DNA of 64,000 bases from Veleropilina oligotropha (lineage: Eukaryota). Made by a program: the position numbers and the translations under genes. Where the stretch lies: positions 62,001-126,000 of the forward strand of contig JBEUKZ010000096.1 in NCBI GenBank assembly GCA_048128005.1, in the 5' to 3' direction. Positions 24,201-36,200 of this stretch are shown here, piece by piece; position 1 is the stretch's first letter; every line of letters begins with the position of its first letter. The notes under the pieces are model-generated. The model saw nothing but the letters and a program-made list of their open reading frames with translations. It was not told the origin of the DNA and searched no databases.

Positions 24201-27200
24201 CCATTTCGGATTCAACATGGCGTGGTGGCCATTTTGTTTTGAAGAAATTTCTTGTGTGTGCTCTACAGTGAAGAGCTCTATTCTGATTTGATTCAAAATC
24301 AGTATGCACGTTCATTATGATGAGGACATGCCGTCTAACGATTTTAGTCATTTTGCGTTCAAGATGGCTGCCATGGTGGCCATTTTGTTTTGAAGATATT
24401 TCTTGTGTCTGTTCTACAGTGAAGAGTTCTATTCCGATTTCATTCAAATTCGGTATGCACGTTCATTATGATGAGGACACACCTAACGATTTTTGGATTC
24501 AAGATGGCTGCCGTGGTGGCTATTTTGTTTTGAAAGTATACTTTCTGTGAGCTCTCTAGTAAAAAGTTCTTATCCTATTTCAATCAAATTAGATATACAC
24601 TTTTGGTATGATGAGGACACTACACCTATCGATTTTCGGATTCAAGATGGCTGCCCTGGCAACCATTTTGTTTTGAATAGATTTCTTGTTTGCACTCGAC
24701 AATGAAAATTTCTAATCCTATTGGATTCAAATTTGGTGTGCATGTTGATGAGTTAAGATGAGGGCATGCCACCTAACGATCGTCGTCGTTTTTATTAAAG
24801 AAGTCAGCCATGTTGGTCATTTTGTTTTGAAGAGTTTTCTTGTGTGCGCTCTATAGAGGAAAGTTCTTATCCTGTCTCATTCAAATTCGGTATGGACGTT
24901 AGTTATTATGAGGATTCAAGATGGCCGCCGTGGTGGCCATTTTGTTTTGAAGAAATTTCTTGTATCCGTTCTACAGTGAAGAGTTCTATTCTGATTTGAT
25001 TCAAAATCAGTATGCACGTTCATTATGATGAGGACACACTGCCTAACGATTTATGTCGTTTTCGGATTCAAGATGGCCGCCGTGGTGGCCATTTTGTTTT
25101 GAAGATTCCAATAATTCAATGTTGCTGATTAACATTATATCTTGGTCACTATTATCACAGAGCTATGCATTACTATAAATCAACAAATTTATGCTACCAC
25201 TTAATAATAAAATATGTGTATTAAGACTTTTGCAGTCTGCTTGTCAAAATATATTGGTTTCTTAACCTTTCCTGTGTGTAGTTTTTAGGGCACTATATTT
25301 TGACTGTATACTTATAAGTGAACTGCGTACATGGAAGCGCATGGGCCCGCATACATACGGGAGTCGCATACGAAGGGTTATAATGGTGAATCCAACGTCA
25401 TAGAACATTATATTACTTTGGTTGTTTTAGAGCTGGGATGGCTACAGTACTATAGAAATATATGAGTCATGCGAGCCATTTCACGGCTTTGACGTTCTAG
25501 TTAAAATATGAATACCCCATACTTAAAAAAACATATAATTAGCCCTAATTAATTTGATAAATCTATATATACACAGGCATCTTCAAATTTTATGATATAA
25601 TAATTATCTAAAATGTATTTTAATCACGGTTTAAAAAAAATTGCCATTGAAATATTTTGGTTTAATTTTTTCAAAATAGTTTTAAATGTTTAAAATGCTG
25701 TTACGCTGTGGAGAATCATTGGCATGACAGTCATTATTTATTATAGTGTTTTATGGATAGTATTATGTATGACTGAAACAATTTAGGTAAAATATGATGA
25801 TATAAATGTCAAATTAGAATAAGCAATTTTAGGAAAATATATCCAGCAACTAACTCCCAGAGGGCATAAGCCACATGAAATCTCCCCAACTTTAAAGATT
25901 TTCTCCAGCGAGCCCTGTTCGAGTTAACACCTATATGCATATATACAGATATATTTATCAAATTTGAACAAACGATTATAGCAAAATCTCCAGCAAAAGC
26001 TCCCCCAAAACCACCTTGAATCTCCCCCAACAATTGCTAACTTCCCCCAATTTTACATATGATCTCCAGCGAGCACTTCGTCATAGGTTAACACCTATGT
26101 AATATTGAATATTATATCATTGTGTGTATATGAATATATAATGTTAAAATGTTATGGTGCATAAACATTCATTCATTCAAATGAAAAGAAAACAATGTGC
26201 TTAAATGCAACCCTTCCACATCCTATCTGACAGAAATATTATGAAATGAACCACAACTTTTATGATATGTTTATTTATATAGCAATCTTTTACCCGTGTT
26301 TTATTGTAATTATGTATTTCAGTGGTAACCACATGGGAGAATTAGGGGCCAAGACATTGTCAAAAGCGCTGCAAATCAACACCCACCTACGGACGATATA
26401 CTGGGACAAAAACTACACAACAGCTAATGGCTACGAAGATATTGCGGAAGCATTAGAAAAGTATGTTTGATGCATTCATAAGTAAAAAGAGGACTGTTTC
26501 ATTTAATTTGTGTCTGTTTACTTTTACAATATCACCAGATCCCCAATTGAACGTCTCTATCCGATTGACGGATAAATGTAAACATCCACGCACCCTTCGG
26601 AATTGACCTCGGACAGCTTGCTTCGAAGAAGAAGGCATCTTGTCGACTCCATGCACAAACCACAAAGGCATCCATTAGCAATAATCTAGCAAAGGAATTA
26701 ATCACAATGCTTGTTGGTTGACTTCTAACATAGAATCTCATTGGTTGAAGTTGCTGACATATGTACTAATCGCCATATTTGTAGCTAAGTATGTAAACTC
26801 TGATATTTTGGGGTTAAAGGGTTAACCCTTTGGTAACGGGTCCAAACGGATAAGGCCAAAAAAAAATGTCTTGTTTCCTGTTGCCCTACCCTACCTAAAT
26901 TTTCAGCCCTACCCTAAACTTTTTATCAGTTATTTAATTTTTTGTTTAAATCCATCTCGCCCCTGACCATCCTATTTTCTCTCAGGAAGGCTTTGTGATA
27001 TGTCTATTAAATAGGTTTTATGGCCGTATATTACCATATGACATGGATTTTTCTCCATTTGGTTGTTTAATTTTGGGAAAAATTGATACATATATGAAAA
27101 TACTTTTCCAAAAATAAAAATATTTACCTACGGTACCTACCTACCCTAATTTGTATGAACCAAAGAATTTTTTTTTTTGGCCTAAGCATCAAACCAAACC

Positions 27201-30200
27201 AAACCATTTTAATTCACTTGCTGTTACTATACACAAAACATTTCTGAAATTTATACTTGTTTCCTTATTCTTCATTTCTGTGGCAGAAAAATCAATTAGG
27301 TAGTATCAAACTATAAAGAGGATACTATTATTAACACAAGTGGGCGCGCCTGAGTATTTGCCCTGACCGGTTTCGACCAACATTAATGGTCTTCATCAGA
27401 GGGAGGTCGGAGATCTGATTTTGAGGTGCCTTATATATCCTCAGCAGGATAGTATCATGTGACATGCATTGTGATGCAATTTCAGAAACATGATTTTCGA
27501 CATTATCGAATTCGTCAAAGGGACCCATTTGACCCCCACCTCCAAGTAAAGGTTAAACGTAACCAGAGAGAAAAATACTGGATTTTCCAACTTCACACGC
27601 TGAAACCAGTCGTTCTTAACTGATGTGAATTAATCAAAGACTTAGTCTAGTATCCTTCCGTGGTATCAATCTATACCGCATATATTACACTGTTTGCTTC
27701 AGAAATTACACCTTGAAGAAGATGCCCACCCCTATTAATGACGCCGCCATGTCACTCCGAACACAACCGGAGCGGACGGAAGCAGCGTTACAAAAGGTGA
27801 GCCATTGTCGTTCGTTGGTGTTGGTGTTTTGTCATGCTATACTTTTTTAGGAAACAATGTCAATGTTTTATTTTGTAACCTTTAATAAATTATTTAGCCA
27901 AACATTTGTTTTAAAATAGATGCATATAAATTCACTCTCACTGGCTGCATTACCAGTGAGGGTTCAAGCTCAAGATTAATCAGTAATGGTTGTATAGCTA
28001 TCACCAGCAGTAGATTTCCTTCATGATAATTATGACGATGTGCAACTTTAGTACTCTTTACCGCAAAATATTCGATAACGAAAATAATCTATAATTATAT
28101 TGTTTAAATTCATGCTCAATATTTAAAAACCAATAACTTTTAATTGAAGAAATAATGGTAATAGCAATTAATAATATTGGATTTAATCTAAGATTCCTTG
28201 AGTATTTACCACCATTTCCTTCTTTTTCAGATCGAATCCCTGCTACAGAGGAACCACAGTCCACGGAAGTTTGCATCAGATCAGGCATACAGGCTGCAGC
28301 AGGGGTTTCTCATCAGCTCAACGCAAAATGTACATAGTGACCATAAATTAAATGACTTTGTGGGACATACAGATTATCTGAATATGTTTAAACCTAATTG
28401 TACACATCCACTGATTATACATACTCTCCCTGTCTACCGTAAATTGTATGTATCCTTTAACATGTATGTGTATTGTGTAGGATGAATTGATGTTTAGCAA
28501 CCATGCCAACAATTTTGAATTATGAAATAAATTTACATTGTCTTCAGTGAAGATGCGTTGACTGGTGATCATGAGAAAACTTTCCAGATCAAATCAGAGA
28601 TCTATGGTTTTGTGGTTAGTGTATAACTTTATGGGGAAATTATGGAATTTCTCACTGATAACTGTTTGATATAATAGATAGTTCACTAAACTATTCAATT
28701 ATTGTTTATATACGTTTATTATTTCGGATACCGGTGTCTGTCATCCACTTTTGACTTCAAATGTATATATTCTCAAAACTGTCTGATAACTTTTCAAATA
28801 ATTGGAAAATTCTACGTCTCGGATTTTTCTAAAATCTAGCTTTTGCCAAATTTCCGCTTGAAATGTGAATATCTAAAAATTTGTCTAATAACTTATTTCT
28901 ACTTTGGCATAAGCCTTATGATGTTCTGAATATATCCCGATAACTTTTTCTCAAAATTAAGCATGATCATCACTTCATGCTGTTAGCTTATTATTCAAAA
29001 ATAGAAAAATGTACCTCCTGGTTTAGCTGAAATTCCGAAATTGGACTTGCCCGAGACAATATTCCTGCATAATGTTATGCCAATGCATGAGGAAGTGCTA
29101 CCCAAATTTCTAACGTTATTGGATCTGCATCTCCTCGGCGGTGTTATATAATTCAAGATGCCTCTTGTTTTGGGGAATCTTCAAATTGAATGTTTTCAAT
29201 GTATGTTCACTATTTTTTGCTCAGATGGTTGAGAGACTGGTGGTGCAGGTCCAGGACACGGTGAACGCCCTGAGCATCAAGCCGCGAGAGAGCTTTCAGA
29301 GCGACATCGACGTGGCCACCAATCTCGTGGTGGATGCCGAGAACTCACGCCAGGTCAGTGAAAATGATCCTCATGGTGGGCCGCTTCGGTAGCGCAGTGG
29401 GTAGAGTGTCCACTCTAAATTCACTGGCTTGTTTCCGCTGACACGAACAGTAGTGGGATCGACCCCCGGCTGAGGCAGCACACATTTGTTCAAGTTATGA
29501 AGCACAGTTGTCCGTGACTGGCCGAAGAGGGCGGGTTTACCCGGCGACCGGGGTTTCCTCCCGCGATAACACGGACATGTCCTGCCTTGAACCTCGATGT
29601 TATAAATATACAGGACATTAAGCATAATTCCTCCTCCTCCTCATGGTGGCTAGGATTTGTAAATTAAAAATCGTAATATAGCGAAATTTGGCTATTCTGC
29701 ACATATCAGATATTGAAATCGAGTATTTTGAGTGTATCAATATATTCATTTGTGACTATTGGTTTTTGTCCTTCATAGCAATGACATATGTGAATTTGAA
29801 ATACAAATTGTTCGGTTATTTTGTAGCTATTACCAAAGCTGCAAGAGATCGCGATCAAATCACAGGGGTCTGGCAGCCCTGCTGATATGAAGATGAAGTC
29901 GGTCGCCGACCAAATAAAGCAGGTCATCGAGAAACAGATGAAGGTAGGGATGAGTATGGACATCGTGGATAGGCGATTTTGATAATCTTTATAATGTTTT
30001 GTAGTATTTAAAGACAAGCTTTGGCAGCATTCTAAACCTTTCATGTCTGATATTGGTTTACAAATGTCAGCGGAGTTATTTAATGTTGATAAACAGAATA
30101 AGATTTGAAGAAGTTTATAATGCTCTACATGTTGAATGTCGACCACCAGGTGCTGTAGTGGATTAGAGTGGGGCTCTCAATCCATTCGTGCTTTGCTCTG

Positions 30201-33200
30201 CATCACAAAATGTGGTGCTCGTATGAGACGTTGGTTTATGCTAGTAAGAATATTTTTTCATTTTTGAGTATAATTGTGATTTCCCAAATGTTTTCTTTTC
30301 TTCAGAGCACTGTTGATGACATGTTGAAATGTGCGGGCAGCCAGTGTAAAACGATCATGAAAGACGAGGTGAGTTTAAGTGTGAGGATAATATCAAAATA
30401 AAACAAGTGGTGTCAGGCACAAATCTTATATATCACGTTTTTAAAAATGTCAACATTTACTGTATTTCAAGTAAATATTTTCTGATTGGAAGCGCATTTA
30501 TATAAATGCATAAAAATATTTTGAAATACAAACAATACTTGTTTGATAGATGATACATGATCCCAATTTTGCGACAATCCAATCAGAAGACGTGTCTTTG
30601 TGCATGCATGTTAAACTTTATTTATTTTCCAGGCCTTTTGTTCAGAATTAAAAAGTGGTTGTGAACAGAAAAGTTCCTTACAAAAAGACTTCACTTCCAT
30701 CATCTTAGACGGCGTCGGAACTGACATCTTCAATAAGCTCAGGTAGCTCATTACGAGTGGAGGAATGATGCTTAATGTCCTGTATATTTACAACATTGAG
30801 GTTAAAGGCAGGACATGTCCGTGTTATCGCGGGAGGAAACACCGGTCGCCCGGGTAAACCCGCCCTCTTCGGCCAGTCGCGGACAACTGTGATTCATAAC
30901 TTGAACAAATGTCAATGCCTCAGCCAGGTATTGAACCCACCACTGTTCGCATTAGCGGAATCAAGCCAGTGAATTTAGAGTGGACACTCTTACCCACTGT
31001 GCTGCCGAAGCAGCCTCACCTCATTACGAACACTCAAATATTAATCTTTGTTGGTTACATTATAAAGTTGCATCATCGCCTGGTTACGCGTGTGCCTTCA
31101 TTATAAGGTATCAGATTGTTTGATTGGCATCGCCAATGCTTGAATGGATAAGATCTTTCATTTCACTCGCCGGACTGCTCTGATTTACAGGATTGCGAAC
31201 GAATCATCGGCTAGGCACTTTGTTCAATTAAGATCATAGTTGTCCATAACTGGCCGGTAAGGCCCGGTTTCCATGTACGCGGAAACGCGCATTTCAGCAA
31301 GCGATTTTATCGATATTGCATATTTATGAAGGACCATTATCATGTACGCGTTTCCGTGCGAGTGTAACGCGCGCGAAAAATCCCGAAAGTATTCGCGTTT
31401 TTTTCTAAATACATCAATTAAATGACACTTCACGTGCCAAAATGCATGTGAATATGGCACACAGTCATATTTCATAAACCTATTCACCATGAAAACATGT
31501 GCTGCAGATATTTAAATAGTAAAATCAAGGTAAATGTCCCTATTTTTATCTATAATGTTCGTAGTTTTAACTAAAGCCAGCAAAATTCAGACGGAGTAAA
31601 ATGAATCATTACCGTCCATTGTATAAATGAATTTTTGATATGCATAATAATATTTGGAAATATTCTTAACTTGACATATGCCTATTATGTTGAAATATAG
31701 CTAATATATTCGTGCTATCTGAGACGAAAACCACACTGTATTCGCGAGTGAAAACACACATCATGGAAACGACATTTGCGTGCGGAAAAGACATTTCCGC
31801 ATACATGGAAAGCGGGCCTAAGGGTGGTATTCCTAGCGACAAGGCTGTCCTTCCATGATAATACAATGTATAGACATATTATGAATAAACAAGGGGAATT
31901 AGAAACAATAATAGATGTACACAACCCAGATGTGTTAGGAGTTACAGAGTCATGGACAAACAATAACATAAAAGATGCAGAATTAAATGTGTTGGGTTAC
32001 AAATTATACAGAGAGGATAGAACAGATACTTTAAATGGCAGAGGGGAGGGGTACTGCTATACATAAAAGAAGAACTAAATTCTGTTTCTCGTGACGATTT
32101 TAAAATAAACTTGATTGAATTTCAGCTACACACAAAAACAACTATGAAAACAAGCAAACAAGAAATACCAGATTTTCGAAAAGCAGACTTTGACAAAATT
32201 AAGTCAGATTTCCGAAATATAAACTGGGGACAATTTGAAAACCTAAATGCTAAAGAAGGTTGGGAAACTTTTCGAATTAACATCGAAGAAATAATGAAAG
32301 TAAATGTTCCACTAAAGTGTAGACGCAAACAGCATTCACCACCATGGCTAACCAGGAAAGTAAGAAAAATTATCAGAAGGAAATATAAGCGTTGGAAACG
32401 ATACAGGGAGTCACATGACACAGATGACCACCAAAAATATAAAGAATGTGAAAAAACGTGTAAAGAAATCCGAGCAGCCAAGAAATGTTTTGAAGAAAAT
32501 CTAGCAAAAAACATCAAAGAAAATCCAAAATCATTTTATGCTTATATTAGGTCAAAACAAAAAACAAAAGATGTCGTAGGTCCCCTGAAAGATGAAAAGG
32601 GAAATTCTATATCAGATGATTCACAAATCGCAGAATCCTTAAACAAATATTTTGCATCTGTCTATACGTTGGAGGATACGGTAAACATGCCACCAGAAAA
32701 ACATATCTTTCGAGAAAAGGAAAACTTTTGTGAAAGTATTGAGATTACGACTGAAATGGTTGAAAAAAAGATAAACTTACTAAATGTCAGTAAAGCTCCA
32801 GGTCCGGACAATATATATCCCAAATTGCTGAAAGCCGGTAAGGAAGAATTAGTAAAGCCATTAACCATGACATTCAATAAATCATTAAAAGAAGGAAGTT
32901 TGCCTGATGACTGGAAAATTGGTAATATTACCCCAATCTTTAAGAAGGGAAGTAGGTCAAACACCCAAAATTATCGACCTATTAGTCTGACATCAATAGT
33001 AGGCAAGATCATGGAATCTATCTTAAAGGATGCTATCTTACAACACATTAATAAATTTGACTTGCTAAACCTTAGTCAGCATGGGTTTATGGCGAAACGG
33101 TCTTGTTTAACCAACTTACTGGAATTTTTTGAAGATGTAACAACCGCCATAGATAAGGGAAAACCAGTTGATATAATATATCTTGATTTTCAAAAGGCAT

Positions 33201-36200
33201 TCGACAAAGTACCACATAAACGGCTGATACAAAAATTAAGTAACCATGGTCTGAAAGGTCCAATATTAAACTGGATAAGGATGTGGCTAGAAAATAGAAA
33301 ACAGAGGGTTGTAATAAATGGGATCAAGTCAAAGTGGGAGCCGGTGTAAAAGGAAATCCTCCCCCTCTGAAAATCCTCCCCCCGGGGGGAGGATTTTCAG
33401 GGGGGAGGATTTCGTGGTACACCGGTACTAAGTGGAGTCCCACAAGGTTCTGTTTTGGGCCCATTGCTGTTTCTTATATATTTAAATGACATTGATGACG
33501 TCATTACGTCTCTTGTAAAAAAGTTTGCAGACGATACCAAATTGTACAGAATTGTTGAAACTGAAGAAGATGCAAAAACACTTCAAAGTGATTTAAACAA
33601 TCTGGTAAAATGGTCAGAGGATTGGCAAATGCTTTTTAACACCAGTAAATGTAAGGTATTGCATGCGGGTTATAACAACAAAAGTTTCAATTATAAAATG
33701 GGTTCAGATACCTTAGAAGTAGTAACAAAAGAGAAATATTTGGGTGTATGGGTAGACAATACGTTTAAACCATCAAATCAATGTGCAGAATCAGCTAAAA
33801 ATGGAAATTAAATATTGGGAATGATAAAGAGAAACTTTAATTTTAAATCCAGAGTCATCATAACACGCTTATACAAGCAAATGGTTAGACCGCATTTAGA
33901 ATATGCAGTGCAAGCATCGAGCCCATATCTTGCAAAGGATATCAAAATTCTTGAACAAGTTCAAAGAAGAGCCACAAAATTGATAGGCGAATTGAGAGAA
34001 TTACCTTATGAGGATAGACTAAGAGCACTTAACCTCACAACATTGTCTTTGAGAAGGACACGGGGGGGATATGATTCAGGTATTTAAAATGTTTACAGGA
34101 ATTGACAATGTTGACAGTACTTTCTTTTTTCAGATGAACCAAAGACAGACCAGGGGCCATAAATACAAAGTTTACAAAAAAAGATTCCGACTCGATGTTA
34201 GGAAACACTTTTTCTCAAATCGGGTTGTCGATGAATGGAACAGTCTTCCTAGTAATGTAGTAGAATCAACATCTGTAAACCAATTTAAAAACCGCATAGA
34301 TGATTATTTTAAGAAACAGGGCAGGCTATAGATGACCAGAAACGACAATGGGTTTTAATATGAGTGGCAGTAATGCACTTCCTAAACCCAAACAAATTCT
34401 ATTTAAATCTATTTAAAACATGACCTGGAATTACCCTGTAGGATATTAGATAAATCGAAAATTAAACATCGATTCAACTGATTGTCTGATTAGCTGTTTT
34501 CGTCATGGGTTATCTTTCCCTTTCAGCGAGCTCAACTTGGCCGTGGCAGCTTTGATATCAGACCACGTCATTGATGAAGTTATCGATAACCTTTCCAGCA
34601 AACATAAAATATTGGTACTAATATATATATTTGATTTAGAAATTAAGTTGTATTAAAAACGTTCATCATGTGATATACATGATTAATACAAAAGACATTC
34701 TGACTTATGTGTATATAATAACAAGTACTCTCAAATTCTGAGACAGCCAGGCGCCGTGTGGTGGACGGGTCCCTTGTTTTTATATATTATAATATAATAA
34801 TAATATAATAATTTTATTGTGAAGTAATTTACATAACCGTTGATTAGTATATATACGAGGAAAGAGGTAAGCTTCAATGTACATGGTCAAATGAGACGTG
34901 GCATGATTTGTAATGATATCTTGTAAGTATTTATGGTGTGACCACGATTTTCAGACAAATCATTTGAACATAAAGAAGAAGGCGCAAGCTGAACAGGACG
35001 ATTCTGTGGAACGGAACAAAATGATAGAAAACGATCAGACAAAGGAAACTTTGACTATTCGTAATCGAGAAGCGGATGACGCAACGATACCAAAGGTAAG
35101 GGAGATCTATTTGGCTGAATAACAGTGATGCCAAACTGATGGCATATTCAAACAAGTGACATGTGGCTAAATAACATTTGAAAGTTCCTTTGTGGCGTAT
35201 TCAAACAAGTGTCTTGTGGGTGAATAACAGCGACATCAAGCTTCCTCTCAGGTGCATTCCAACAAGTGGCATATGCCTAAATAACAGTGATTTCAGACAG
35301 ACGGCATGTTCACACAAGTGACTTGTGGCTGAGTCACAGCGATATCACACTTCTCCTGTGGAAAATTCAAACAAGTGGCATGTGAGTAATAACAGCCATT
35401 TCAAACTTTCCCTGTAAGAAATTATATGGTGAAGTGAAGTGAGTTTATGACCTTCAGGCCTCGAAATTAGATATTAAATGCCGGTCATGACCGGCAAAAA
35501 TACGAGTTTAACTGACAAAATATATTTGCTATCTGTCATTGTGACCGACGGCAAAAGAATACATCGCCGGATGCACATATCGCTGGACGCACATGTCTGT
35601 AAAATAGGATTATTTCATTCAAAATCGCCACTCTTGTTATCTAGCGCATATATTTTTGTTATATAAATCTGGTTGGGTGTTAATAAACTTATGCTGTACC
35701 GTACGCTTAATCACATCACCAAAGGTAAACGTCTTTATCGAATGAACAATCGCGAATTTCACAGGTGTGGAAATCTCGCACCGTTTACTTTATCGATTGC
35801 TGATTTGCTTACGGAAAGCACCGACATGAATGCAGTAGAAATAATTTACGAGTTTGACCACCTCACTATTTATGAGCAGTTCGTATAATAATATATATAT
35901 ATTATTATCTTTAATTTGACGATATAATTTAGAAACCAGCTTAAACGTGTATTTTTTGAAATTTATTGAGTAATTGCGCTTACTTTCATACAACTATTTG
36001 TCGTCCAAAAAATTAATGCGAACTCCCCTCGAAACGTGTTTGCAAAATGGCGGGTCTTATGGCATTCGGTTTTACGATCAAAGGCAAAGTGACAGACACC
36101 TCTGACGCTAGCACCAGATACGAGACTGGCGAGCAATAACAGTAATAAAAGTAAGAAAGAATATTTTGTTCAGTAGTTTTATTTTAGTAACGGGTATAAT

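Larger units (their letters stand above)
20943..26099. mobile_element. Putative TIR element (CATAGGTGTT...AACACCTATG) enlarged by nested insertions
   Basis: 10-bp TIR, TAATAT on both flanks, subterminal repeats. Confidence 0.5.

Noticed and set aside
23760..24705. ORFs of 63-178 aa in the satellite/SINE region (also 29371-29625, 36437-36956, 45070-45746)
   Set aside because: Translations of non-coding repeats with no protein motifs.
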